DNA of 45,781 nucleotides from an uncultured Candidatus Saccharibacteria bacterium (lineage in GTDB: Bacteria; Patescibacteriota; UBA1384; JACPKC01), in NCBI GenBank assembly GCA_964480605.1, contig CAYZPG010000001.1, positions 19,690-65,470 on the forward strand. The letters run 5' to 3'. Both the position numbers and the translations under genes were made by a program. Position 1 is the stretch's first letter, and the number at the start of each line of letters is the position of its first letter. The notes below the pieces were generated by a model. That model saw only the letters and a list, made by a program, of their open reading frames with translations, searched no databases and was not told where the DNA came from. This document shows positions 24,157 to 35,977 of the stretch, in pieces.

Positions 24157-24783
24157 CTATTCCTTCACCGTAATCCGCTGTGGACTGTCGCTGGGTTGCA
24201 CCTCGAGCTTCGTGTCCGCCATGGAAATGTAAAAGACATCATCTCCTTTGATGCGCTCAAAGCCCTTCAGGTGTTTGACCAAGTGCCAGTACTTATTCAG
24301 CATCTTTTTATCGATGCTTTCCTTTATGACGATCAACTCTTGAATCACCTCAGGAGGTAATTGTTCACGCAGTACCTTGATAGCCTCTGCCTCCTCAATC
24401 TTGATTTCAATCCGGGCAGCGGCCTCCCGCCATCCAATCCGGCCGGTAGGCGTACCGGTGCTTTTCATGGTTGCCTTCGGTATGAGCGTGGCGCGATGAG
24501 CGGTCATGTACTGATGAATCCGAGACGCCTGTACCTCAATTGCCGTGTTGAGCGGAGCAATTTGTGCCGCCGCCTGCTCTTGCAGCTGCTGTATTTCTTG
24601 GCGGGTTTTCAGGCTGATTTGATACTTGGTATCAAGGTAGCGTGCAAGTGCGGCATGTGCCTCGAGGAGTTCGGTTTTCGATTGGATTGGCGTTTCGAAC
24701 TCCACGAGTTTGATCGATTGCGCTGTATCCTTCTTGCTCACGTCTTTCGTTCCTTCCGAAATGTAAAAATGCATCGGCGCCAT
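24157..24783 (-). CDS. gam: Phage Mu Gam-like host-nuclease-inhibitor / DNA-end-binding protein
   Basis: Collinear with my recollection of Mu Gam: AQIAPLNTAIE...YMTAHR...KSTGTPTGRIGWR...IEIK...AIKVLRE...LIVIKESIDKKML...F. N-terminal coiled coil. Own promoter and terminator. Confidence 0.7.
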   Translation of the reverse strand: MAPMHFYISEGTKDVSKKDTAQSIKLVEFETPIQSKTELLEAHAALARYLDTKYQISLKTRQEIQQLQEQAAAQIAPLNTAIEVQASRIHQYMTAHRATLIPKATMKSTGTPTGRIGWREAAARIEIKIEEAEAIKVLREQLPPEVIQELIVIKESIDKKMLNKYWHLVKHLKGFERIKGDDVFYISMADTKLEVQPSDSPQRITVKE

Positions 24784-24800
24784 GGTACAGGCGCGACGGA

Positions 24801-24829
24801 AGTATAATGGCCGTTATCTGGTTTGACTA
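24801..24829 (-). promoter_or_regulatory. Promoter of the Gam-like gene
   Basis: Minus strand: TAGTCA, 17 nt spacer, TATACT. The -35 overlaps the stop codon of the upstream methyltransferase gene. Confidence 0.5.
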
Positions 24830-25303
24830 GGTCAAGCGTAACCAGGCCGTGGTAATGCCGAAGGCGACGGCGACGTTGAGGGATTCTTTCGCCCCGAGCA
24901 TGGGAATCATGACGTGGTGGTCTGCAAGGGAGAGCGTGTCTGCGTGCACACCGTAGAGTTCGTGGCCGACGACCAGGGCGATCCTCTCCCCTGCTACAGC
25001 AAGCTCGGTGAGTGGGATTGCGTGTGAGGTTTGCTCAAGCGAGACAATCGTGAAGCCATCATGTTTGAGCTGGGCGATAGCTTCGCCTGTCCGTTCAACA
25101 TGCGTCCAGGGCACTGTCTCTTCGGCGCCAAGGGAGGTCTTGGTGATTCGACTCCTTCGTCGCTCATCATCTGGGGCGCCGGTCATGCCGCAGAGGTAGA
25201 GGTGTTCGAGCGCGAAGGCGTCGGCTGTCCGAAACATTGAGCCGACGTTGTAGAGGCTGCGGATGTTGTCGAGGACGCCGACCAGGCGCCGCTCACGCGC
25301 CAT
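24827..25303 (-). CDS. SpoU/TrmH family RNA 2'-O-methyltransferase
   Basis: VLDNIRSLYNVGSMFRTADAF...VVGHELYGV...IPMLGAKESLNVAVAFGI SPOUT motifs. The start at 25303 lies 4 nt after the hisS stop. The ORF-track start at 25342 would overlap hisS by 35 nt. Confidence 0.85.
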   Translation of the reverse strand: MARERRLVGVLDNIRSLYNVGSMFRTADAFALEHLYLCGMTGAPDDERRRSRITKTSLGAEETVPWTHVERTGEAIAQLKHDGFTIVSLEQTSHAIPLTELAVAGERIALVVGHELYGVHADTLSLADHHVMIPMLGAKESLNVAVAFGITTAWLRLT

Positions 25304-25307
25304 GGCG

Positions 25308-26633
25308 TTAGTCCTGGGCGAGTTCGGCGAGCTTGCGCTCAATCACCTGCTCGACGTCGTCGAAAGCGACGGTGTCTTGGGTGCCGTCGAACATATTGCG
25401 GACGATAATGGTGCCATCGATCGCTTCGCGTTCACCGACAATGAGAGCGAGCTTGGCACCCATTTTGTCGGCTGACCGGAGCTGTGATTTCAGGCTCTCT
25501 TTGCCAAGGGCCATGCTGGCTGCCAGGCCCTTCTTGCTTAGGCTGACGAGGAGCGGGATGGCCTTCTTCTTTGCCCGGTCGCCCAGCTGGATGACGAGAA
25601 TTTCGGTGCCGATGAGCGGCTTGACCTCGATCCCCCGTTCGATGAGCTTCTCGACGACCCGCTCAACGCCTAGGCCGAAGCCGAAGGCGGGCGTGGCTGG
25701 TCCGCCCAGCGTCTCGACGAGATCGTCGTAGCGTCCCCCGCCGCCCAAGACCGCCTGGCGGCCGGGATCGTCGCGGTGCCGGATTTCGAACGTTGTCCGG
25801 GTGTAGTAGTCGAGGCCACGGACGAGGTAGTGGTTAAGGTCATACGGGACACCGGCCTCGTCGAGGTACTCGAGGACGAGCATGAAGTGGCTGCGGCACT
25901 CGTTGCAGAGGTTGTCGATCGTCGCCGGCGCCGCTTCGCGGTACTGCTGACACTCTGTTTCCTTGCAGTCGAGCAGGCGGAGCGGATTGCTGTGGAAGCG
26001 CTCCTGGCATTGGGCGCAGAGGTGCGGGAGCAGCGGCTCGTAGTAGCTCTTCAGTGCTGCCCGGATGTGGCCGCGGCAGGCTTTGTCGCCAATGGAATTG
26101 AGCTCAATAACGAGCTGGTCGTCCAGATGTAGATCTTGGATCACCTGCCAGAGCGCGAGCAGGGTCATGGCATCGGTGAGGGGTGTCTCGTCGCCAAAGA
26201 CCTCGGCATTCAGTTGGGTGTGCTGCCGGTACCGGCCCTTCTGGGGGCGGTCGTAGCGGAAGTTCTGGACGAACGAGTAGAGCTTGACCGGCTGTGACCA
26301 CGTGCGCATCCCGTGCTCGATGTAGGCGCGGACGAAACCGCCCGTACCCTCGGGCCGTAGGACAAGCTCCCGGCTCGCCCCCTCGTCCGCTGACGCCTCG
26401 TCGGTACGCGTGCCGATCCGGCTGACGGCGAAGAGCTCTTTCTGGACAATGTCCGAATCCTTGCCAGCGCCGCGCAGGTAGAGCTCTTTCGGCTCAACCA
26501 CCGGCGTATCGATCGGCTGAAAGCCGAAGCTTTGGAGGCGGGTCTGCGTCACGTGCTTCAGGTAGGCCCAGTACTTCTGCTCTTCAGGTAGGACGTCGCG
26601 CATGCCTCGGGCGATCGAGATCGGTTTCTCCAT
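25308..26633 (-). CDS. hisS: Histidine--tRNA ligase
   Basis: MEKPISIARGMRDVLPEE start follows AAAGGAG. Class II motifs are present (LRPEGT, GGGRYD) with a C-terminal anticodon-binding domain. Confidence 0.95.
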   Translation of the reverse strand: MEKPISIARGMRDVLPEEQKYWAYLKHVTQTRLQSFGFQPIDTPVVEPKELYLRGAGKDSDIVQKELFAVSRIGTRTDEASADEGASRELVLRPEGTGGFVRAYIEHGMRTWSQPVKLYSFVQNFRYDRPQKGRYRQHTQLNAEVFGDETPLTDAMTLLALWQVIQDLHLDDQLVIELNSIGDKACRGHIRAALKSYYEPLLPHLCAQCQERFHSNPLRLLDCKETECQQYREAAPATIDNLCNECRSHFMLVLEYLDEAGVPYDLNHYLVRGLDYYTRTTFEIRHRDDPGRQAVLGGGGRYDDLVETLGGPATPAFGFGLGVERVVEKLIERGIEVKPLIGTEILVIQLGDRAKKKAIPLLVSLSKKGLAASMALGKESLKSQLRSADKMGAKLALIVGEREAIDGTIIVRNMFDGTQDTVAFDDVEQVIERKLAELAQD

Positions 26634-26705
26634 GGCACTCCTTTGCTGTACCGAGGGAGTATAGCACGCAACGCAACAGGAGGCCAAATCTGTTACGAAC
26701 GGGGG

Positions 26706-28176
<1,471 letters not shown>

Positions 28177-28205
<29 letters not shown>

Positions 28206-30756
28206 GGGATCCTACTGGGCGCTCAAGTGGTGGCCGCTGCGTGCTCACCCGAATGCCTCGTTTGTCGGCGCTGACGGTATAGGTGGTGGCTTTCGACTTG
28301 AGGACGCTGTCCGCCAACTTGGTACCGAGTTGTTCTTGGACGAGGCGTCGGATATCCCGTGCGCCGGCCCGTTTGGCGGTGAGGAGAGTAGCGAGATGGT
28401 CAGTGACCGCTGGTTCAATAGCGACGACGTATCCCTCGGCAGCGCCCTGGTCGATAAGTCGGGTAAGCTCAAGGCTGATGATCGAGCGTAGGCTCGTTTG
28501 GTCAAGTGGGTGGAACGGAATGATCGCATCCAGTCGGCCGAGGAACTCGGGCTGGAAACGCTGCTTGATGAGCTCGTGGACGGCCGCCTCGGTTCTTGCG
28601 GCGGTGTGCTGTTTTGCAAACCCAACCGGACCGGCTTCCTGCCAAAGCTGGCCACCGATATTCGAAGTGAGGACGATGACGGTCTCATTGAAGTGGACCG
28701 TCCGTCCCGTGCCATCGGTCAGGCGGCCATCCTCCATGATTTGAAGCAGGAGGTGGAATACGTCGGGGTGGGCCTTCTCAATTTCGTCGAAGAGGACGAG
28801 TTGGTGCGGCCGGCGCCGGATCTGTTCAAGGAGCTTGCTCGGCTCGTTGTAGCCGACGTACCCTGGCGGCGCGCCGATCAGCCGGGCGACCTGGTGCCGC
28901 TCCATAAACTCGCTCATGTCGAGTTTGAGGAGGGCATCTTGTGAGCCGAAGATCTGTTCCGCCAGCACCTTGGCCGTCTCGGTCTTGCCGACGCCGGTTG
29001 GGCCGACGAAGAGGAAGACGCCATGGGGGCGGTGCGGCAGCTTGAAGCCGCTCTTGCTGCGCCGGATGACGTTGCTTACGGCAGTAAGGGCGCCCTGCTG
29101 ACCAATGATACGCTCGCCGATCGTTTCCTCGAGCTTGAGGAGTGAACGCCGGTGCATGACCGAGAGGCGGTTGGCTGGGATGCCAGACCAGCGGCTGATG
29201 ATGGTGCGCAGGTGGTCGGCGGTCAGGCTGTGACTGTACGCGGCCGGTTTCGTTGGCTTCGCCCGCTCTTTGTCCTTGAGTTTCTTAAGCTTTAGCCGCA
29301 AGTTGCTTTCTTGGTCGCGGAGGTAGGCAGCCCGCTCGAAGTGTTCTTGGCGGAGCTCGTACTCTTTCTGGTTGGTGAGCCCCTTCAGCTCGCGCTCAAG
29401 GGCTTGCAGTGACTGCTGGGCACTCGCCATGGTGACAGGTCCCCGCTTGGCGCGGATCGAGGCGGCTGCCTCGTCGATGAGGTCAATCGCCTTGTCGGGG
29501 AAGGACCGGTCGTGGAGGTACCGGGCAGCCAGCGTGATCGCTTCTGCAATGAGCGCATCATTGATTTCGACCTCGTGGAACTGCTCGTACCGGTGCTTGA
29601 TCCCAAGAAGGATCGCCTCGGTTTCTTTGGCCGACGGTTCTGCCACAAGAATCGGTTGGAAGCGCCGCTCCAGCGCAGCATCCTTCTCGATGTGTTTTTT
29701 ATATTCCGTGGTCGTCGTTGCTCCAATGACACGGAGCGCGCCCTTGGCGAGCACAGGTTTCAAGATGTTTGCGGCATCGAGGCCGCCCTCGGCGCTCCCC
29801 GCACCAACGAGCGTGTGGATCTCATCGATGAACAGGATGATATCGGTCGATGATTCGAGCTCGGCCACCATCCGACGCAGCCGTTCCTCGAACTGGCCAC
29901 GGTACATCGTGCCCGCGACGAGGGTGCTGAGCTCGAGCTGGACGATTCGTGCTGATGCAAGGTAGGCCGGCACGCGGCCACCAGCAATGGCGCTCGCGAG
30001 GCCCTCGACGATAGCAGTCTTACCAGTCCCCGGTTCGCCGATGAGAATGGGGTTATTTTTTGTTTTCCGTCCCAGGATGTGGGTCAGCCGCTCAAGCTCG
30101 TTTGCCCGGCCAATGAGCGGCTCCAAGGCATCCTCGCGAGCGAGGGCGGTGAGGTCCGTTGTCAATTCATCGAGAATCGGGGTTGTGCTATCGGATTCCT
30201 CGTCCTCGTGGTTGTCGAGTACAGTAACATCGTCCCGCTCCTGCGGGGTCATTGATTGGCCAATCACCCCCAGAATCTCGATGTCGTGCCCGCCAAGCTG
30301 CTGTTCTTGCTGTTCAAAGAGGTGGCGTTCCAGCATCTTGCGGACCGCTTTCGGGTCAAGGCCAAGCTGGTGGAAGAGCTGATGGGCGCGGCAGTTCGTG
30401 TCGGTCGTGAGCGCCCAGAGCAAGTGCTCGGGTCCGATCAGTGCAGACTTCTGTGTGGCAGCTTGAAAGGCTGCCCGTTCCAAGACGGATTTCGCCTCGC
30501 CTGCCATGCTGCCCTTGGTGGTCGTCGTCCGCTTGTCCATGGTGAGGACAAGGCGAAGCTGGTCCAGTGTGATTGGGAGTTTGCGCAAAACCGTGTAGGC
30601 GGGTGAATCTGGTGTGACCGTGAGCGCGAGCAAGATGTGCTCTGAGCCAAGGCCAGCATCGAGCGTCTCGGCGTAGCGCTGTGCTGCCACCAAGATTGCT
30701 CTCGCCTGGGGCGAAAATTTTGCAAAGCTCTCAAGTGGCAAGTCGTTCATGGGCAC
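28177..30756 (-). CDS. clpC: ATP-dependent Clp protease ATP-binding subunit ClpC
   Basis: 859 aa with double Clp_N repeats, two AAA+ modules (GEPGTGKT, GPTGVGKT) and a UVR-like linker. Its 3' end overlaps the rel start by 29 nt. Confidence 0.95.
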
Positions 30757-30771
30757 GTATGTGTATGGGTA

Positions 30772-31944
30772 TTACTCCGTAGGTTCCGTCGTCGGCTCGA
30801 CCGCATCATCAGTGGTCTCTGCGGTGGCTGTGTCGGTTGTTTCGTCGGTTGTAGGAGCCGCCTCATCCTCCATCGTCTCGTCAGTGCGAGCCGATGGGAG
30901 TTCGTCCTTGACGATGTCGAGATTCCAGCCGGTCAGCTTGCTTGCAAGACGGACATTTTGACCGCTCTTGCCAATGGCTAGCGAGACTTGGTCGTCAGGT
31001 ACCTGGATCTTGGCAGTCTTCGTCGCCTCATCGAGGGTGATCGATTCCACTTTGGCTGGCGAGAGGGCGTTGGCAATGAGCTGCATGGGATCGGTATCCC
31101 ACAGAATAATGTCGATCTTTTCTTCGGAGAGTTCCGAGAGGACGGCCTGGACGCGGATGCCTCGTTGGCCAACGCACGAGCCAACCGGATCGAGTCCTTC
31201 TTGGTGGGCGGCAACGGCCAGCTTGGTCCGCGAGCCGGGTTCACGGGCAATGGCTTCAATGGTGACCGTGCCGGTTTGGAGTTCTGGCACTTCCTGCGTG
31301 AAGAGACCTCGGATCAGGTCGGGATGCGTTCGTGAGACGAGTACCTTGGGTCCTCGATTCGTCTCTTCGACGCCGCGGACGTAGAACTTCAGGCGCTGGC
31401 CAGTGTAGTACCGCTCGTTTGGCACTTGGTCGTGCGGCAACATGACGGCATTCATCCGGCCGATATTCACGACCGCGTCCTTGCCCTCGATTTGCTGGAT
31501 GGTACCGCTGACGATCTGCCCCTCTTTGTCCTTAAACTCTTGGTAGAGCATGGAGCGCTCTGCCTCGGCAATGCGCTGGATGATCACCTGTTTGGCCGTT
31601 TGGGCGGCAATCCGGCCGAAGTCGGCATGTTCTGGGAGCGGGAGGACGATTTCGCCACCAACCTCTGCGTCCTTCTGCAGCTCTTTCGCCTGGGTGAGGG
31701 TAAGCTGTCGCTCCGGCTCCTCGATCTCGGCGTCGTCGGCAAGGATCTCATACACCTGGAACATCTTTGTTTTTGCAATGTCTTTTTCGTTGAGCGTAGC
31801 GCGAATGACTTGGCCTGGTTTGCCATAGTCTTTCCGGTACGCAGCGGCGAGCGCGGCTTCCACGGTTTGAATGACGGTTTCAACCGGCAACCCTCGCTCT
31901 TCGGCGAGTTGTTCGAGGGCGGCCATGAACGGTGATGATGCCAT
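30772..31944 (-). CDS. nusA: Transcription termination/antitermination factor NusA
   Basis: The N-terminal RNAP-binding domain, S1 and two KH domains are recognisable, with an acidic Thr/Glu/Asp C-terminal tail. The start at 31944 follows GGAAGGA. Confidence 0.95.
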   Translation of the reverse strand: MASSPFMAALEQLAEERGLPVETVIQTVEAALAAAYRKDYGKPGQVIRATLNEKDIAKTKMFQVYEILADDAEIEEPERQLTLTQAKELQKDAEVGGEIVLPLPEHADFGRIAAQTAKQVIIQRIAEAERSMLYQEFKDKEGQIVSGTIQQIEGKDAVVNIGRMNAVMLPHDQVPNERYYTGQRLKFYVRGVEETNRGPKVLVSRTHPDLIRGLFTQEVPELQTGTVTIEAIAREPGSRTKLAVAAHQEGLDPVGSCVGQRGIRVQAVLSELSEEKIDIILWDTDPMQLIANALSPAKVESITLDEATKTAKIQVPDDQVSLAIGKSGQNVRLASKLTGWNLDIVKDELPSARTDETMEDEAAPTTDETTDTATAETTDDAVEPTTEPTE

Positions 31945-31990
31945 ACGTGTTCCTTCCATATAATGTCTTCATGCTACTCGATTTGGCGCT

Positions 31991-32019
31991 AAAAAACCAG
32001 GCAACCTGCGGTTGTCTGG
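31991..32019 (-). terminator. Rho-independent terminator ending the murA-to-tagA gene string
   Basis: On the minus strand, CCAGACAACC-GCA-GGTTGCCTGG (10-bp stem, one G.U) is followed by TTTTTT. Confidence 0.75.
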
Positions 32020-32048
32020 ATAGTGGCTGGATAGTACCACTGACGAGG

Positions 32049-32900
32049 TTAGGCGTCAATGGAGTCGCGGTATACGTACCACGGAAACTGTAGCGCCGCC
32101 GTGAGGATACGTTGAAGGCGCCAAGGCTCCATGAGCAGGCGCCATACCCACTCTAATCCAAGCGTTTGCAGCCAGACCGGTGAGCGGCGGGCTCGTCCGG
32201 TAATGAAGTCGAAGGATCCCCCAACGCCCATCATGACCGGCACGCCGAGTTCCTGCTTGTGTTCAGCAATGAAGAGATCCTGCTTCGGGGCTCCGAATGC
32301 AACAAGGAGGATATCGGGTTGGGCAGCGGCAATGCGGTTGACGAGCGCGGCGGTAGCATCGGGTGTGATGACGGCGCCCCGTGGCAAACCTTCCTCCGCG
32401 CTTACAATGTTGAGTGCTGGATAGCGGGCGCGCAGCTGTACGGCTGCTGCCTCGGCCACGCCCGGATCTCCCCCTACAAGGTAGAGCCGCCAACCTTGTA
32501 CGGCCGCCCGCTGGCTCATGGATGCAATAAGATCAATGCCGGGCACGGTTTCGGGTACAGGCTTACGTACCGGTGGCAATTTGAGTAGCAGGCAGACGCC
32601 GATGAAGAGTCCTTGCACCAGGCCCACGAGCGTGGCTGCTGGCTGCCAGCGAGGACGTCGCAGGCTAAGAAACGCAGCTGCGCCAAGGATGCCGGCTCCG
32701 TCCGGTACGTTGAGTTCTGCGTGCTGGAGGGCGGTTCGGAATACCGGCTGCCGTACGGATGCCATGACGAACTCAGGATTGACGGTGGCAATCTGGTGTG
32801 GCAACCGGCTGTCGATCATCGCGGCGATCCGCTCCAGTGCTTCGGCACGCGTGACCGGATCGATGGGAATGCCAAGGATGGCAACTCGCTGCTTCACCAT
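32049..32900 (-). CDS. WecB/TagA/CpsF family (GT26) glycosyltransferase
   Basis: ILGIPIDPVT...IATVNPEFVM...NVPDGAGIL...VAFGAPKQDLF...VGGSFDF. A hydrophobic insertion lies after the first third. Confidence 0.85.
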   Translation of the reverse strand: MVKQRVAILGIPIDPVTRAEALERIAAMIDSRLPHQIATVNPEFVMASVRQPVFRTALQHAELNVPDGAGILGAAAFLSLRRPRWQPAATLVGLVQGLFIGVCLLLKLPPVRKPVPETVPGIDLIASMSQRAAVQGWRLYLVGGDPGVAEAAAVQLRARYPALNIVSAEEGLPRGAVITPDATAALVNRIAAAQPDILLVAFGAPKQDLFIAEHKQELGVPVMMGVGGSFDFITGRARRSPVWLQTLGLEWVWRLLMEPWRLQRILTAALQFPWYVYRDSIDA

Positions 32901-34549
32901 GAGCCCCCGCCTCCTCCGCCAAACCCTCCCCCACTGCCGCCACCCGAGAAGCCACTTCCGCCTGAGCTGGCTGTGGTGACGCCGGCGAGACTACCCGAGA
33001 GATTGCTGTCGATGCCACTTGTGAAACTTGTGGTTGACCAGTGGCTGCCATAGTAGCCGCTGTACCACTGTGGCGCGGCAGTCGCGATGTCTTTGAACGC
33101 CTTGGCCCAGAGCCCGGCGACGCCAAGGGCAATGGCGTATGGCAAGTACCGTTCGAATAGGTGTTTCTCCTCAGCGAATTTCATACGGTACCGCTCAGCC
33201 GTTCGTAGGTAGAGTTCGAAGCCAAGGATTTCTTCTTTCTTGTGGACGCCAGCCAATGTCCGCTTCGGCATGAAGGGGGCGGCAATGAGGAGGAGTAGGC
33301 CTGACACACCGAAGCCAATCAAGCCAGGCAGGCCGAAGAAGCCGATGGCAACGAAGGACAGGCCAAGGACGATGCAGCCGGCAACAATCAGGGTAGCGCG
33401 GGCAAACCGTGGATTGTGCTGGGTGTACCCCTTCGTGACAAGTCCCTGCAACACCTCATGCTCCAGCGTGCTTTTCGCTTGGATGACGGCAGCGTTGTGC
33501 TTGATGTCGGCCAGCTTGATGTGATCTCCGCCCTGAAAGAAGGCCTCAAACAACGCCCGCTCTGCCTTCAGGGCATCTGCTGGGAGTGCGGCCAGCTTGG
33601 TGAATTCGTATTGGCCCTTCTTTGGTTCTTGAATGGTAAGTTTGCCGGCAACGGCCCAGGCAATAATGAGAGCAGTCAGATCCTTCCCGTGCACGTCCTC
33701 GCGACGCAGTGCTGCGGTCTCGAGTAATGAAAGATTCTTCGGTGCGGCAAACATTGGAACGATGGTGCCCCTGCCACGGGGATCCTGGCCGAATCTACGA
33801 AATAGCCAGATGAGCGCAACCAGCGTGACGATAGGTACGGCAAGCGGCCAGTTGTCGAGAAAGAACCACCAGCCCCGCACGATAGCGTTTGGTAGTGTTA
33901 CCAGGCCTATTGGTATTCCCGTTACAATGGTGAGCCCCTCCCCTGCCTCCAGGAGGCGTGAGCTTGCAAATCGAACAGTACCACTTGCATAGGAGGCTGG
34001 TGCGAGCTCGGTGCTGCCAAGCTCGCCCTGGAAGGCGGTGCGAAGCACCTGTGCATCCGTTGGCGCGCCAGGCAGGAGTACGGCAGCGGATGCGTTTTCG
34101 ATCGTTGTATCCCACTCATTGCCCGTTGCGTTCCAGTAGAGTTCAATGTGGCCGGGAAGCTCATTTAGGGCATTCTGTACGCGATAGTGAATGACGTACT
34201 GGTGCGGACCCGATACCAGGATGTCTGGATCGCCAATCTTGAGCGTGCTCTCGCCAAAGGAGCGTTCGAGCGTGTACGGATCGCCTTCGGCGGTGACATC
34301 TGACAAGCGAATGTTCCGCTGGGCGCCGGTGTTCGTCCGGTAGTGTGTGGGAATGGTTCGAAAGATACCGTGTCGTTCATTCTCACCGAAGTCGACACTG
34401 ATCGTTTCGGTAATAAGGAGCTCGGCATCCCTCTGGATATTCACGACGGTATCAAAAGAAGTAATCGTGAATGCTTCTTGTGCGCGGCTGTTGCCGGGCA
34501 GTGCGCAGCATGCCGCAATGAGTGCGGCAAGAACGACCAGGTGCTTCAT
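32894..34549 (-). CDS. DUF2207 domain-containing membrane protein
   Basis: Signal peptide, N-terminal extracytoplasmic DUF2207 region, several TM helices and a Gly-rich tail (GGSGFSGGGSGGGFGGGGGGSW), typical of this family. Confidence 0.85.
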   Translation of the reverse strand: MKHLVVLAALIAACCALPGNSRAQEAFTITSFDTVVNIQRDAELLITETISVDFGENERHGIFRTIPTHYRTNTGAQRNIRLSDVTAEGDPYTLERSFGESTLKIGDPDILVSGPHQYVIHYRVQNALNELPGHIELYWNATGNEWDTTIENASAAVLLPGAPTDAQVLRTAFQGELGSTELAPASYASGTVRFASSRLLEAGEGLTIVTGIPIGLVTLPNAIVRGWWFFLDNWPLAVPIVTLVALIWLFRRFGQDPRGRGTIVPMFAAPKNLSLLETAALRREDVHGKDLTALIIAWAVAGKLTIQEPKKGQYEFTKLAALPADALKAERALFEAFFQGGDHIKLADIKHNAAVIQAKSTLEHEVLQGLVTKGYTQHNPRFARATLIVAGCIVLGLSFVAIGFFGLPGLIGFGVSGLLLLIAAPFMPKRTLAGVHKKEEILGFELYLRTAERYRMKFAEEKHLFERYLPYAIALGVAGLWAKAFKDIATAAPQWYSGYYGSHWSTTSFTSGIDSNLSGSLAGVTTASSGGSGFSGGGSGGGFGGGGGGSW

Positions 34550-35160
34550 TGGGCGTGGTCTACTACGGTCACGTTCGTCATCGTGTCGCCGACGCGAATT
34601 TGGTCGACAACATCCATGCCGGCAGTGACCTCGCCAAAGATAGTGTAGGCCGGTGGCAGCGGCGTGTCTTTGAGCATAATGAAGAACTGGCTGCCATTCG
34701 TATTCGGGCCAGCGTTGGCCATGGCCACAATACCTCGACGATACGGTCGGCTGACCGGCTCATCGTCAAACCGGTAGCCGGGTCCTCCGCGTCCCGTGCC
34801 TTCGGGATCGCCTCCCTGAATGACGAAATTCGGTTCGACCCGGTGAAAGGTGAGGCCGTCGTAGAATTTGTTGGTGGCAAGAAAGACAAAGTTGCTGACA
34901 GTGGTCGGTGCCTCGTCGGCGAACAAGGTAAACCGGATTTCTCCCTTATTGGTCGTTAGAAGAATGTCTTTGCCCTTGATCTGGTCGTCAGGCAATTGTC
35001 CGGGTGCCGTATCGAATGACCGTTTGATTGCTGGTTGGTCTGACGAGGTGTTCATAGTCATGCTCCCTGGTTCTGTTGTTGATGTGGGTTTGGATGTTGA
35101 TTGGCAGCCGGTCAGCAGGATTGCAATGCCTGCAACCAGCCAAAGATGACGGTTTGTCAT
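34546..35160 (-). CDS. Cyclophilin-type peptidylprolyl isomerase, probable lipoprotein
   Basis: Lipobox LLTGC. Cyclophilin core FHRVxxNFVIQGGDP...GxxGxxF and SQFFI. ATGA overlaps with both neighbours. Confidence 0.9.
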   Translation of the reverse strand: MTNRHLWLVAGIAILLTGCQSTSKPTSTTEPGSMTMNTSSDQPAIKRSFDTAPGQLPDDQIKGKDILLTTNKGEIRFTLFADEAPTTVSNFVFLATNKFYDGLTFHRVEPNFVIQGGDPEGTGRGGPGYRFDDEPVSRPYRRGIVAMANAGPNTNGSQFFIMLKDTPLPPAYTIFGEVTAGMDVVDQIRVGDTMTNVTVVDHAQ

Positions 35161-35762
35161 GGTGTATCCTCTCGATCAGCAAAAATAAGTCGTCGGTGGA
35201 TTGCGCGTGTCAGCTCAACGTCGCGCAGGCAGTAGCTGTAAATTTCTTCTGTCCGACCAGCAAGGAAGTAGTCATAGACCTGGCTGCCATCGATGTTCTG
35301 CTTCGAGCTTTCAAAACCAAGAATCCGTGCGAGCTGGTCGAGTCCGGTGGCGGGTGTGCTCCACTGATCCCATACCCGCATCGTGTCGAAAATCGGTGCA
35401 GCCTGGTGCCGCTCAAACGAGAGGGTTTTTGTGGGCTTGACCCTATGGATAATTGAACGCTTGTAGATGAACGGAAGATCGAAGTCGAGCGCGTTGTGTC
35501 CAACCAGCAGGTCGGCGTCCTTCGCTACGGCCCAGAACGACTGCAGGAGATCGGCCTCCTCGCCTGTAAGAATTGTTGCCGGTTCTTCGTCTTGTGCAAT
35601 GCCGATACACAGGATTCTGCCCCAGTTGCCAGACAGCGAGGTGCCGCGGATGTAGTCGGCAAAGCTACCGCTCTTCGACCGCTTCCGTTCGTAGACTTCT
35701 CGCAGTTGGGCCTCAGCCGTGGCTGGCGCGGGCAACGTTTCGATATCGAGGTACAGGGTCAT
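35157..35762 (-). CDS. RNase H-like 3'-5' exonuclease (PolB-exonuclease-like, COG3298 type)
   Basis: LYLDIETLP (ExoI-like DxE), LVGHNALDFDLPF (ExoII-like) and YCLRDVELT (ExoIII-like). Confidence 0.75.
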   Translation of the reverse strand: MTLYLDIETLPAPATAEAQLREVYERKRSKSGSFADYIRGTSLSGNWGRILCIGIAQDEEPATILTGEEADLLQSFWAVAKDADLLVGHNALDFDLPFIYKRSIIHRVKPTKTLSFERHQAAPIFDTMRVWDQWSTPATGLDQLARILGFESSKQNIDGSQVYDYFLAGRTEEIYSYCLRDVELTRAIHRRLIFADREDTP

Positions 35763-35977
35763 GCGTCGGAACCGTCGGGGGCTGGATCTGGTCGGCTATT
35801 GAGGATGGTAAACTCGTGCTCAATCTCGGTGAGTCGTTGTTGCGCCTCGCGCATGATTGCCTGGCCTTGTCCGAAGAGCTTCAGGCTTGTTTCGAGGTCG
35901 GTTTGCTCGCCCTCGAGTTGGGCTGTAATTGCCTCGAGCGAACTCATGAGCTGTTCAAATCGCTTTTTCGCTGGCAT
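35759..35977 (-). CDS. xseB: Exodeoxyribonuclease VII small subunit
   Basis: 72 aa. FEQLMSSLEAITAQLEGEQTDLETSLKLFGQGQAIMREAQQRL is the XseB helix-hairpin pattern. Overlaps xseA by 23 nt. Confidence 0.85.
   Translation of the reverse strand: MPAKKRFEQLMSSLEAITAQLEGEQTDLETSLKLFGQGQAIMREAQQRLTEIEHEFTILNSRPDPAPDGSDA

Noticed and set aside
24099-24820. Short inverted match GATAACG / CGTTATC flanking the Gam-like gene, considered as insertion-site repeats.
   Set aside because: It is only 7 bp and easily explained by chance. The left copy is part of a DnaA-box-like string, and there are no target-site duplications or recombinase genes.
30772-31990. nusA lacks the usual rimP upstream and infB downstream neighbours.
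   Set aside because: This is a real observation, but gene-order scrambling is common in reduced genomes. There is no functional implication that can be tested from this window.
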